Source: an uncultured Ruminococcus sp. (GTDB taxonomy: Bacteria > Bacillota > Clostridia > Oscillospirales > CAG-272). Taken from it: a stretch of 41,781 nucleotides of DNA. The DNA lies in contig CAZUJY010000001.1 of assembly GCA_964620565.1 (NCBI GenBank), positions 1 through 41,781 of the forward strand, in the 5' to 3' direction. The notes below the pieces were generated by a model. The model was not told where the DNA came from. It saw only the letters and a list, made by a program, of their open reading frames with translations, and did no database searches. Every line of letters starts with the position of its first letter. The first letter of the stretch is position 1. A program made the position numbers and the translations under genes. Of this stretch, positions 26,594 through 35,186 are shown in pieces.

Positions 26594-27856
26594 ATGAAGG
26601 ATTCAGAAATCGTAAAAAGTCAGGCTATAATTGTCGGTATTGCCGAGCGTGGTAGCGACGTTCCCGAGTGCGAGCGATCTCTTGACGAGCTCGAGAGACT
26701 GCTTGACACCGCAGGTGGCAGCGTTTTTGCCAGAGTAATTCAGGTAAAGGACAGCTTTGATCCCCGTACCTGTATCGGCAGCGGTAAGGTAAAGGAGATA
26801 TCCGAGCTTTGCGCTGACAATGATATTGAGCTTGTAATTTTTGACTTTGAGCTGACTCCCGCACAGATCAGAAATCTTGAGGGAGATATAGGCGGTGACG
26901 TGCGTGTTATCGACCGTAGTATGCTCATTCTTGATATATTTGCTCTCCACGCCACCAGCGGTGAGGGTAAGCTGCAGGTCGAGCTGGCTCAGCTTCGTTA
27001 CAGCGCACCGAGACTTATGGGTCACGGTACCGAGCTTTCCCGTCTAGGCGGTGGAATCGGCACACGTGGTCCCGGTGAGACAAAGCTGGAGAGCGATCGC
27101 CGTCACATGAAGGAGAAGGTTATTGCTCTTGAGAAGCGAATTGCCGAGATGGAGCATAACAGAGCTGTAATGCGTGCTCAGCGTGACAGAAGCGGTCTTG
27201 CGAAGATAGCTCTTGTAGGATACACAAACGCAGGTAAATCCACGCTTTTAAATTATCTTACCGGCGCAGGCGTTCTTTCGGAGGACAAGCTCTTTGCAAC
27301 TCTTGATCCTACCACAAGAAAGCTTGAGCTTTCTTGTGGCGAAAGCGTGCTTTTAACCGATACTGTTGGATTTATCAGAAAGCTGCCTCATCATCTTGTC
27401 AAGGCCTTTAAGTCTACTCTTGACGAGGTGGTTTACGCTGATATACTTCTTATCATCTCGGATGTTAATGATCCTGAGGTTATGGAGCATATCGAGGTTA
27501 CAAGAGAGGTTATTGAGGAGCTTGGCGCATCTGATAAGCCTGTTATTTACGTATATAATAAATGCGATATGCTTGAGGGTGATATTCCCGTTCCTGATGC
27601 CGATAATTCGGTGTGCATTTCGGGCGTAACGGGTCAGGGTGTTGACAGACTTCTTCAGATAATCGAGGATGAGATTCACAGGTTTAAAAAGAAGTACAGT
27701 CTGCTTATTCCTTATTCCAATCAGTCGGTGGTCAGTGCACTCTATAACAGCTATACCGTGTCCGAAGTAAACTACGTGGACGAGGGAATTGCGGTTGAGG
27801 TAATTCTAGACGAGCGTGGCAGAGGACTTTACGGTAAGTATATCACTTCTACTTAA
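26594..27856 (+). CDS. hflX: GTPase HflX
   Basis: 'ELE.L..TAG', 'VIDR..LILDIFA.HA.S.EGKLQVELAQL.Y..PRL', 'GPGETKLE.DRR' and G1 'LVGYTNAGKSTLLN'. Start at the ATG at 26594. The upstream extension crosses the rpmE terminator. 420 aa. Confidence 0.92.
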   Translation: MKDSEIVKSQAIIVGIAERGSDVPECERSLDELERLLDTAGGSVFARVIQVKDSFDPRTCIGSGKVKEISELCADNDIELVIFDFELTPAQIRNLEGDIGGDVRVIDRSMLILDIFALHATSGEGKLQVELAQLRYSAPRLMGHGTELSRLGGGIGTRGPGETKLESDRRHMKEKVIALEKRIAEMEHNRAVMRAQRDRSGLAKIALVGYTNAGKSTLLNYLTGAGVLSEDKLFATLDPTTRKLELSCGESVLLTDTVGFIRKLPHHLVKAFKSTLDEVVYADILLIISDVNDPEVMEHIEVTREVIEELGASDKPVIYVYNKCDMLEGDIPVPDADNSVCISGVTGQGVDRLLQIIEDEIHRFKKKYSLLIPYSNQSVVSALYNSYTVSEVNYVDEGIAVEVILDERGRGLYGKYITST

Positions 27857-27865
27857 GGTGTTGAT

Positions 27866-28483
27866 ATGGAAAGCTATATTACTATAAAAAATCCCTCGTA
27901 TTTTGAGTACGAGGACAGAAAATCCGTATTTATCGGTATGGCTATGCCCGTCAGCACAGAGGCGGATGCTATTGCGTTTATCGACTCGGTGAAAAAGCGC
28001 TATCCCGATGCCCGTCATCACGTTTACGCATACGTGCTGAGGGAGAACTTTGCAATGCGATTTACCGACGACCGTGAGCCGCAGGGAACTGCCGGTATGC
28101 CGGTGCTTGACATTATCCGTAAAAACGGCTGTACCGACGTGGTTATAGTTGTTACCAGATATTTTGGCGGAACTCTCCTTGGTACAGGCGGACTTGTCCG
28201 TGCATATACATCTGCAGCTCTCGGCGCTCTTGAGGCGGCAGAGATAATCAGATATGATATTTATACCACTCTCGAAATAGCGGTTACTTATTCGGACTAC
28301 GGAAAGATAACCTCGATTCTTTCAGACCGTGGATTTAGAATCGAGGACACCTCCTACGATACGGGAGTCAGGGTTTCGGGCAGTATTATCAAGTCCGAGG
28401 TTGAAGGATTAAAATCAGCCATAACCGAGGCGACAGCAGGCCGTGCGGAGATGGAAATTATCGGCGAAGAGTTTGGTTATTAA
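27866..28483 (+). CDS. YigZ/IMPACT family protein (UPF0029)
   Basis: 'E.....KS.F......V..E..A..FI...K...P.A.HH.YAY', 'DD.EP.GTAG.P.L' and 'V.VTRYFGG..LG.GGL.RAY'. 205 aa. Confidence 0.85.
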   Translation: MESYITIKNPSYFEYEDRKSVFIGMAMPVSTEADAIAFIDSVKKRYPDARHHVYAYVLRENFAMRFTDDREPQGTAGMPVLDIIRKNGCTDVVIVVTRYFGGTLLGTGGLVRAYTSAALGALEAAEIIRYDIYTTLEIAVTYSDYGKITSILSDRGFRIEDTSYDTGVRVSGSIIKSEVEGLKSAITEATAGRAEMEIIGEEFGY

Positions 28484-28561
28484 ATTTTTTTCGAAAATAA
28501 AAGTGTTTTTGACAAACCGTTCGTATATTAGAGTGAATTTCAGGAAAGGGAGGTGCTACTT

Positions 28562-30328
28562 TTGATCTCAAAGGAAACAATAGAGCAGGTTTTGATGCGA
28601 AATGACATTGAAACCCTTATCGGCAGCTACATATCGCTTAAAAGAGCCGGCTCGAATCTTCGTGGACTTTGTCCATTCCATAGCGAGAAAACTCCTTCCT
28701 TTACCGTCTATCCCCAGGACAACAGCTTTTACTGCTTTGGCTGTGGAGCGGGCGGAGATGCCATAACCTTTATTCGCAAGCGTGAGAATCTTGATTATCC
28801 TGATGCGGTCGAATTTCTGGCGCAGCGTGCAGGAATTACTATCGTAAGGGATGAGCGAACACCGATTTCAAATGAGCCTAAATTTGACAGAAATCGAATG
28901 TTCAAGATGAACATTGATGCGGCGAAGTACTTCAACAGATGTCTTTTTTCGGATTCCCCCGAGGCGAAGGCGGCATTATCCTATTTCACCGACAAGCGTG
29001 GTCTTTCGGTAGCAACGATCAAGCATTTTGGCCTTGGCTTTGCGCCTAACAGCTTCGATCAATTCTCGAAGTATATGCTTGCCAAGGGATATACTTACGA
29101 CGAGCTTGTGGCAGGCTTTCTCTGCGGCAGAAGCGAGAAGGGAAAATACTACGACGCATTCAGAAACAGGGTAATGTTCCCGATCATCGACGTTTCGGGT
29201 AATGTTATCGCCTTTGGCGGTCGAGTTATGGATGACTCAAAGCCCAAGTACAAGAACTCATCGGATACACCGGTATTTAAAAAGTCGAGAAATCTGTTTG
29301 CTCTTAATTTCGCAAGGCATCACTGCCGGGAATCATTGATTCTCTGCGAGGGCTATATGGACGTTATCGCTATGCACGCCGCAGGCTTTGAGAATGCGGT
29401 TGCAACTCTCGGTACAGCAATCACCTCCGAGCAGGCGAGAATGATGAGCAGATATACCAAGAAGGTGATCATCTCCTACGACGCCGACGAGGCAGGACAG
29501 AAGGCGGCCATGAGAGCCGTTAAGATGCTTACCGAGGTAGGTCTTGACGTAACTATTCTTAAGGTTCCCGGAGCAAAGGATCCTGACGAATATATCAAGC
29601 AATTTGGTGCGGACAAGTTTAAACAGGTGCTGTCCCAGTCAAAATCTAAGTTTGACTACAACCTTGAAAACATTCTCGCAAGGTACGATATCAATCTTCC
29701 GCAGGATAAGGTAAAGGCTCTTCACGAGAGCGAAAAGCTTATTTCCGAAACATATTCCTCGGCAGAGCGAGATATTTATATTCAGAACATATCAAAGCTG
29801 TTTGGCGTTGATGCGAAGAGCATCAAGTCTGACGTGGATAGAATAATTGCAAAGGCAAATAACCAGCGTCGCAAGGAGGAGTCTAATAAGATAAAGCAGG
29901 ATGCTATCGGTTACTCCGATCGAGTGAATCCGGACTTTATCAAGGCGCCTGCGGTTGCGAAAAACGAGGAAACTCTGCTTGGACTTCTGCTTATGTACCC
30001 CGAGCATCGCAAACGTGTGTTCGAGGGCGAGCTTGTCAGCAGTGATGATTTCTTCACCGAGCTTAATCGCAGGATTTTCGAGTATCTTCGTGATTCCTAT
30101 CTTAACGGTGACGATTCGCAGCTTGATATTGGCGCACACTTTACTCCCGACGAGCGGGGCAGAATGACCAAGATGAAGCTTTCACGTATGGAGCTTAGCG
30201 AAAACGGTGAGGCGGTTCTTACCGACAGCATCGAAAGGTTAAAGCGCGCGGTATCCAAAAAGAATAATGAAAAAAACAGCTCTCTCGACAGCCTGACAAA
30301 GCTGCTTGAGGAGAAAAGAAAGGTATAA
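28562..30328 (+). CDS. dnaG: DNA primase
   Basis: CHC2 zinc finger '[13 protein letters not shown]....[13 protein letters not shown]', and TOPRIM motifs '[10 protein letters not shown]' and 'YDADEAG'. The TTG at 28562, 8 nt after GGGAGG, is preferred over the GTG at 28553, which lies inside the RBS. Confidence 0.92.
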   Translation: MISKETIEQVLMRNDIETLIGSYISLKRAGSNLRGLCPFHSEKTPSFTVYPQDNSFYCFGCGAGGDAITFIRKRENLDYPDAVEFLAQRAGITIVRDERTPISNEPKFDRNRMFKMNIDAAKYFNRCLFSDSPEAKAALSYFTDKRGLSVATIKHFGLGFAPNSFDQFSKYMLAKGYTYDELVAGFLCGRSEKGKYYDAFRNRVMFPIIDVSGNVIAFGGRVMDDSKPKYKNSSDTPVFKKSRNLFALNFARHHCRESLILCEGYMDVIAMHAAGFENAVATLGTAITSEQARMMSRYTKKVIISYDADEAGQKAAMRAVKMLTEVGLDVTILKVPGAKDPDEYIKQFGADKFKQVLSQSKSKFDYNLENILARYDINLPQDKVKALHESEKLISETYSSAERDIYIQNISKLFGVDAKSIKSDVDRIIAKANNQRRKEESNKIKQDAIGYSDRVNPDFIKAPAVAKNEETLLGLLLMYPEHRKRVFEGELVSSDDFFTELNRRIFEYLRDSYLNGDDSQLDIGAHFTPDERGRMTKMKLSRMELSENGEAVLTDSIERLKRAVSKKNNEKNSSLDSLTKLLEEKRKV

Positions 30329-30330
30329 TT

Positions 30331-31398
30331 ATGAACAGAGACAAGATTGACGTTAATGAGTACATTGACTCTAAAAGCGATGGCGGTATCGGTAATTCCG
30401 ATATAATGAAGGCGCTTGAGGACATTGATTACGAGATTTCCCAGAGCGACATTGACTCCGCAAGTCCTGACGAGCTCGAAAACGAGGAGTTCAAGGAAAT
30501 AGAGCAGGATGCCAGAAACTTTGATGCGACAGAGAATATGGACAAGTACTTCTCACAGGAAGGACTTGCTATTGACGACCCTGTTCGTATGTATCTTAAG
30601 GAGATCGGTAAGATCCCGCTCCTTACTCCCGAGCGTGAGGCAGAGCTTGCAGAGAGAATTTCTCTCGGCGATAAGAAGGCAAAGGACGAGCTTATCGAGG
30701 CTAACCTTCGTCTTGTTGTATCTATCGCAAAGCGCCACGTTGGTAAGGGTATGTACTTCCTTGATCTGATCCAGGAGGGTAACCTTGGTCTTATTAAGGC
30801 GGTTGAGAAGTTCGATCACAGCAAGGGCTATAAGTTCTCCACCTATGCAACCTGGTGGATCCGTCAGGCGATTACCAGAGCTATCGCAGATCAGGCAAGA
30901 ACTATCAGAATCCCCGTTCACATGGTTGAAACCATACATAAGGTTTCCAGAACGACCCGTCAGCTCCTTCAGGAGCTTGGCAGAGAGCCTACCACCGACG
31001 AGGTAGCAGAGGCGCTCGGTATGACTGCCGATAAGGTTCGTGAGATCATGAAGATCGCACAGGACCCCGTATCTCTTGAAACTCCTATCGGCGAGGAAGA
31101 GGATAGCCGTATCGGTGACTTCGTTGAGGATAACGATTCTCCCGACCCCTCCGACAGCGCTTCCTACTCGCTTCTCCGTGAGCAGCTCTGCAACATTCTT
31201 CACACTCTTACTCCCAGAGAGGAGGAGGTTATCAAGCTTCGTTTTGGCCTTGAGGATGGCAGACCCAGAACTCTTGAAGAGGTTGGTAAGAAGTTTGAGA
31301 TCACAAGAGAGAGAATCAGACAGATCGAGGCTAAGGCTATTCGTAAGCTGAGACATCCCTCCAGATTCAAGGCGCTTAAGGATTATCTTTCTAACTGA
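30331..31398 (+). CDS. rpoD: Primary RNA polymerase sigma factor (sigma-70/SigA)
   Basis: '[14 protein letters not shown]', '[12 protein letters not shown]', 'LIQEGN.GL.KAVEKFD...[32 protein letters not shown]' and '[16 protein letters not shown]'. 355 aa. Confidence 0.96.
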   Translation: MNRDKIDVNEYIDSKSDGGIGNSDIMKALEDIDYEISQSDIDSASPDELENEEFKEIEQDARNFDATENMDKYFSQEGLAIDDPVRMYLKEIGKIPLLTPEREAELAERISLGDKKAKDELIEANLRLVVSIAKRHVGKGMYFLDLIQEGNLGLIKAVEKFDHSKGYKFSTYATWWIRQAITRAIADQARTIRIPVHMVETIHKVSRTTRQLLQELGREPTTDEVAEALGMTADKVREIMKIAQDPVSLETPIGEEEDSRIGDFVEDNDSPDPSDSASYSLLREQLCNILHTLTPREEEVIKLRFGLEDGRPRTLEEVGKKFEITRERIRQIEAKAIRKLRHPSRFKALKDYLSN

Positions 31399-31404
31399 TA
31401 ATAG

Positions 31405-31435
31405 AAAAGGCTACCTTCGGGTAGCCTTTTGTTTT
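31405..31435. terminator. Bidirectional intrinsic terminator between rpoD (+) and spoVT (-)
   Basis: 'aaaaggctacc-ttcg-ggtagcctttt' is a perfect 11-bp stem flanked by an A-run and a T-run. Confidence 0.8.
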
Positions 31436-31988
31436 ATGATTCCATTTGTTTGCCCAAAAACATTCCCGCCGTCTGCACCAGCTTGGATTCGATCTCATCG
31501 GAGATCTTTCCGGAGGTAGAAACGTCATACTGCCAGGCAGAAACAACGCATCCAACAATATCGCCCTCGCTTAATATAGGCATTGCGCAGTTGACGTAGT
31601 GCGAACCGCCGTCGCTGATGATTGCCACAGGCTCTCTGCCGGCTCCTCTCACGTATAGAGAGCGGGATTCCACGATCTCCTCAAGTCCTCGTGAAATTTT
31701 TCTTTCGAGATAATCTCTCTTTGATGCGCCCGAAACGGCAATTACGGCATCTCTGTCACAGATAAAAATAGGCGATGCCGAGGTCTTTTGCAACGTTTCG
31801 GCATACTCGTTTGCAAAGGTCTGCATCTCTCCGATAGGTGAGTACTTCTTAAATATTACTTCGCCCTCACGGTCGGTATAAATCTCAAGCGGATCTCCCT
31901 CTTTTATTCTCATAGTGCGTCTTATTTCCTTGGGAATAACTACTCGTCCAAGATCGTCAATTCGACGAACAATTCCGGTTGCTTTCAT
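31434..31988 (-). CDS. spoVT: Stage V sporulation protein T (AbrB-type N-domain plus GAF-like C-domain)
   Basis: 'MKATGIVRRIDDLGRVVIPKEIRRT.RI.EGDPLEI' SpoVT/AbrB swapped-hairpin N-terminus. The 184-aa length fits SpoVT rather than AbrB. Confidence 0.9.
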   Translation of the reverse strand: MKATGIVRRIDDLGRVVIPKEIRRTMRIKEGDPLEIYTDREGEVIFKKYSPIGEMQTFANEYAETLQKTSASPIFICDRDAVIAVSGASKRDYLERKISRGLEEIVESRSLYVRGAGREPVAIISDGGSHYVNCAMPILSEGDIVGCVVSAWQYDVSTSGKISDEIESKLVQTAGMFLGKQMES

Positions 31989-32026
31989 ATATATACAAAA
32001 ATCTCCTTTATTTTAAGGTGTGATGT

Positions 32027-32055
32027 TAGTATTTGTAAATAAAGGGGATTTATAC
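32027..32055 (-). promoter_or_regulatory. Candidate forespore (sigma-F/G-like) promoter for spoVT
   Basis: On the minus strand: GTATA (32055..32051), 17-nt spacer, AATACTA (32033..32027). This resembles the GTATA...CATACTA class. In B. subtilis spoVT is sigma-G dependent. Confidence 0.3.
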
Positions 32056-32061
32056 TTTTGA

Positions 32062-32090
32062 TTGACTTTTTATCTTCAAAGTGTTATGAT
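32062..32090 (+). promoter_or_regulatory. Sigma-A type promoter for the 34-aa ORF
   Basis: TTGACT (32062..32067), 17-nt spacer, TGtTATGAT (-10 at 32085..32090). Confidence 0.5.
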
Positions 32091-32113
32091 TTAAAAACAC
32101 GGAGGATATTATC

Positions 32114-32218
32114 ATGCTTAATAGATTATACGAAAACATTGGTGGTAAAATTAAAAACTTGGCTAAATGGATATTTATCATTGATACATTTCATTGCGAA
32201 AGTTTTAAGTTAATATAA
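32114..32218 (+). CDS. Small ORF, 34 aa (MLNRLYENIGGKIKNLAKWIFIIDTFHCESFKLI); either a micro-protein or a truncated remnant
   Basis: GGAGG (32101..32105) lies 8 nt before the ATG. It has its own promoter upstream and a terminator 10 nt downstream. It is not in the supplied ORF track because it is too short. Confidence 0.35.
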   Translation: MLNRLYENIGGKIKNLAKWIFIIDTFHCESFKLI

Positions 32219-32227
32219 ATTCAAAGA

Positions 32228-32256
32228 CAGCGGAGTGATTTCACTCCGCTGCTTTT
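32228..32256. terminator. Intrinsic terminator between the small ORF (+) and the convergent DUF3048 gene (-)
   Basis: 10-bp stem 'cagcggagtg' pairs with 'cactccgctg' with a 4-nt loop, followed by 'cttttat'. Confidence 0.65.
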
Positions 32257-32273
32257 ATGATACTCAGGTGTTT

Positions 32274-33404
32274 TTACTTGATTATTATATTATCGCTTTT
32301 AGACGACTTCATATAGCTTATAAAGGTTGTTCCACGGTTAAGGGTAAGCTTTTCGCCGCTCGTTGAATAAAGGGTCATAATTCCGCCAGAGGTGGCTGTC
32401 CATCTGATCTCGGTATAACTGCCACCCGTGAAGTAATATCCTCGTCCGTCGCCTATGGTGTCCATAACCATCTGATTACAATCTGAATTATCATAAGTGA
32501 TAGAATCGGCAAATAAAACAAGGCAGTTCTTAAAAATGACGGCATTTCCGTTTAAGGCGTCAAGCATAGCTTGTCCGTTTTGATAGAGAGTATATAAGCC
32601 TTCATCTCCATTGTATTTAAGCTCGGTTGAATGATTATTTGAATATTCAAGCTTGATTTCAACAGCCGTAGAATCGGCGAAAAATACCTCATCTTCGCCA
32701 AAGTCTGTGTGAGTATAGGGAAGCGGTGTGGTAACAATGCTTTCTGTTCTGATTCCTGCGCTGCTTAGTCCGCTTGTAAGCAGATCACGGTTTGTATAAA
32801 CGTTATCGGTATATTCTGTATAATGGAAACCGCTGTTTTTGGAAAGGTCAAGCTGCATACCCGTAATGTCGCACTGCGTATAGCTGATGCTGTCGTCATT
32901 TTCGCTTGAAATAAGCACTCCGCCGAAGTATTTAGCAACGTTTGAAATATACCCACGTGTATTGGTAATAGAGCCTATTTTCCACAGATTTTCGCTCTCG
33001 GGTATAAAGGCAACAAGCCTTGTGCTGCCATCCTCGGTGGGCACCTCGCAGAGCAGATCTGCGCTTGATATTCCGTAGGCAGGCAGTCCCGAATTAATTA
33101 CAAAGGCCAACATAGCTGCCTCTGCCGTCTCATTGCTTACTTCAAGCCCTGTCAGTCTGCCTGTGTACTCGGGTATGTAGATTTCTGGCTCCTCGGGAGT
33201 CTGCTCCTGCTCGGGAGTATCGGGACTCTCGGTACTTACGTTATTCTCCTGATCCTCGTCCTTTTGGTCGGATTCGGGAAGATTAGTTTGCTGATCTGCA
33301 GCCTGCCAACCGTCAACGGTGAATCCAAATGTGCAGGCAAGTATGATTGCAGTTAGAAAAAAAGCAATCGACCTTACGGGATTGCTTAGTAGTTTCATAT
33401 TCAT
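32274..33404 (-). CDS. DUF3048 domain protein (YerB-like secreted or membrane-anchored protein)
   Basis: Signal/anchor 'MNMKLLSNPVRSIAFFLTAIILAC'. 'LTGLEV.....A.MLAFVINS..PAYGISSADLL.EVPTEDGSTRLVAF' and the C-terminal 'GDGRGYYFTGGSYTEIRW' fit the DUF3048 N and C pattern. Start at the ATG at 33404, 5 nt after GGAGGT. 376 aa. Confidence 0.7.
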   Translation of the reverse strand: MNMKLLSNPVRSIAFFLTAIILACTFGFTVDGWQAADQQTNLPESDQKDEDQENNVSTESPDTPEQEQTPEEPEIYIPEYTGRLTGLEVSNETAEAAMLAFVINSGLPAYGISSADLLCEVPTEDGSTRLVAFIPESENLWKIGSITNTRGYISNVAKYFGGVLISSENDDSISYTQCDITGMQLDLSKNSGFHYTEYTDNVYTNRDLLTSGLSSAGIRTESIVTTPLPYTHTDFGEDEVFFADSTAVEIKLEYSNNHSTELKYNGDEGLYTLYQNGQAMLDALNGNAVIFKNCLVLFADSITYDNSDCNQMVMDTIGDGRGYYFTGGSYTEIRWTATSGGIMTLYSTSGEKLTLNRGTTFISYMKSSKSDNIIIK

Positions 33405-33416
33405 TTTGTACCTCCT

Positions 33417-33437
33417 TGCGTGCAACAGTTGCACGCA
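33417..33437. repeat. Perfect 21-nt palindrome (10-bp arms) between the 97-aa ORF and the DUF3048 gene
   Basis: 'tgcgtgcaac a gttgcacgca' read directly from the sequence. It ends 1 nt from the GGAGG (complement of 33411..33415) of the downstream gene. Confidence 0.85.
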
Positions 33438-33451
33438 CGCTAATTTCAAAA

Positions 33452-33745
33452 TTATTCCTTGTCGTTAGAACGGAGCCAAGCCTCAGCAAAGTCAAATGCC
33501 TCTGCAAGTCCGTTAGTAATCTTCTGCTTTTCAGGCTTCTTGGTCTTGCTGTCAAGCAGCTGTACCATAATGGTACCGGGGACAGTCTTATCTCCCTTGG
33601 GAGATTTCTTGTCCGACATAATCATCATGTAGACGTAATACTTTTCCGACAGATCGCCGTAGAAAATATCGTCACCCTGGCGTACGATAGGCTTGCCCTT
33701 GTATTCAACAAACTCGTTTTCGCTTACGCCTTCAAATTTTAACAT
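33452..33745 (-). CDS. Hypothetical 97-aa protein (no family recognised)
   Basis: ORF with AAGGAG upstream. Coding-like composition. Co-directional with the DUF3048 gene, with its stop 47 nt upstream of that gene's preferred start. Confidence 0.55.
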   Translation of the reverse strand: MLKFEGVSENEFVEYKGKPIVRQGDDIFYGDLSEKYYVYMMIMSDKKSPKGDKTVPGTIMVQLLDSKTKKPEKQKITNGLAEAFDFAEAWLRSNDKE

Positions 33746-33803
33746 AGGTAAATACTCCTTTCATAATATTTGAAAATGACGGCGCTATGTCCACTTCACA
33801 ATT

Positions 33804-33832
33804 ATCATATCAGGAATAGATATGACTGTAAA
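33804..33832 (-). promoter_or_regulatory. Sigma-A type promoter for the 97-aa ORF / DUF3048 operon
   Basis: On the minus strand: TTTACA (33832..33827), 17-nt spacer, TATGAT (33809..33804). Confidence 0.45.
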
Positions 33833-33875
33833 TAGCTTCGACAAAGGTCGCTTTGTGGACATTTCGCAAAAAGGG

Positions 33876-35093
33876 TCAATCCTTTACATAAGGCGTGAAG
33901 GTTAGGGAAAAACGCCCTGAATTCGCATTTTTAAGCGTTAATCCGAATACCGCATCAGCCTTGCCGGAAAGCTCCTTCTGTCGACAAACCTGCTCGCTAA
34001 GCTCCTTGTATGAGGATGGCTTTGTGATAACAGGGAAGTCGCTCATTTTCTTGATTCTTTTCAGTAACAGCCGACCGACGGAGTCCATTGCGAGAACCTG
34101 AGTGTATGCAGGAAGTGCCCTTACATCGGAGGAGGTAACGCCGAAGTAGGTGTTCCAAATTGCTCGCTTGATTCTCGTCTTGGTGTACTTTTTCGTTTCG
34201 GCCATAGACGTCAAAGAGGAAATGCTTGTTGCTTCTGCGCTCATGTCGCAGAGGCGATTATATAAACCGCCCGCAGCCTCGTGTATTTCGGTGTCGGCAG
34301 CAGGGGAGTTTAATCTGAACGATGAGATTACACTCACGTCAAGACGTGAAATATCCGAGGGCATTTTGCCGCCCTCTATTGCTTTTAGAAAAATATCTTT
34401 TGCGTTTTTGGGAACATAATCAAGGGCAGAAAGGTTTCTTGAAGCTAATTCCTCACGGATTGCGGTTGCACTTTGAAATTCTGCCATAGGGTTGATTATG
34501 TCGTGATAGCCCGAGCCCTCACGGCGCAGAGTAATGGGAGTAATGGTGCTTCCCATGGCGTGAATAGCCTTGATATATTCGATGCCGAGTATGTTATTGG
34601 GGGTAAAGAAATCACGTGAGATATCCTTGCCGTACACACGGCTGAGCGCCTGCTGACAGAGCTCGGGATAACCGTATTCCTTGTATTCCGAAGATGATGA
34701 AAGAGCCTCGAGTGTAAGAGCATATTCATCGGAGATCATTGCGGATGCAATATTTGAGATCTCGGAAATATCGCCGCTCTCACTGCCAAAGGCAAGGTAA
34801 TCGACTACGCCGATTTCACCTGCGATTTTTACTCCGCTCTTTGCGAAGAATTCTGCGCTGGACATACAGAAGGGAAAGGGCAGCTCAAGCACAAGGTTGA
34901 TTCCACATTCAACGGCAGCCTCTGCACGAATAGTCTTGTCACACACGGCAGGCTCGGCACGCTGGGTAAAATTGCCGCTCATTATCGCAATAATTGCCGT
35001 ATCCTCACCGAGAGTGCGGCGAAGCTCCTTCACCTGATATTCGTGACCTAGGTGAAAGGGATTGTATTCCGAGATAATGGCAACAACCTTCAT
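33876..35093 (-). CDS. tmcAL: tRNA(Met) cytidine acetate ligase (YlbM/UPF0348 nucleotidyltransferase)
   Basis: 'MKVVAIISEYNPFHLGHEYQ' HxGH-type N-terminus is characteristic of TmcAL. 405 aa. Confidence 0.85.
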   Translation of the reverse strand: MKVVAIISEYNPFHLGHEYQVKELRRTLGEDTAIIAIMSGNFTQRAEPAVCDKTIRAEAAVECGINLVLELPFPFCMSSAEFFAKSGVKIAGEIGVVDYLAFGSESGDISEISNIASAMISDEYALTLEALSSSSEYKEYGYPELCQQALSRVYGKDISRDFFTPNNILGIEYIKAIHAMGSTITPITLRREGSGYHDIINPMAEFQSATAIREELASRNLSALDYVPKNAKDIFLKAIEGGKMPSDISRLDVSVISSFRLNSPAADTEIHEAAGGLYNRLCDMSAEATSISSLTSMAETKKYTKTRIKRAIWNTYFGVTSSDVRALPAYTQVLAMDSVGRLLLKRIKKMSDFPVITKPSSYKELSEQVCRQKELSGKADAVFGLTLKNANSGRFSLTFTPYVKD

Positions 35094-35125
35094 TCTGCTT
35101 TCCTTTCGCTTTTTTCAAAAATGTG

Positions 35126-35154
35126 TTGATAAATTGCTTAAAATAATGTATAAT
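35126..35154 (+). promoter_or_regulatory. Sigma-A type promoter for ackA
   Basis: TTGATA (35126..35131), 17-nt spacer, TATAAT (35149..35154). Confidence 0.6.
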
Positions 35155-35186
35155 ATCCCTGTCAATAAATTACAGGAGATTGTAAA

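Noticed and set aside
30553-31356. 267-aa ORF antisense to rpoD
   Set aside because: A shadow ORF inside the primary sigma factor gene.
33787-33862. 8-bp inverted repeat ATGTCCAC / GTGGACAT bracketing the promoter of the 97-aa ORF
   Set aside because: An 8-bp inverted pair within a 130-nt spacer has roughly a 10% chance expectation. Without conservation data I cannot call it an operator pair. It is worth a glance only if the operon proves to be regulated.
35094-35186. Possible cre (CcpA) site upstream of ackA, as in B. subtilis
   Set aside because: No sequence fits TGWNANCGNTNWCA. 'tgataaattgctta' fails at the central CG.
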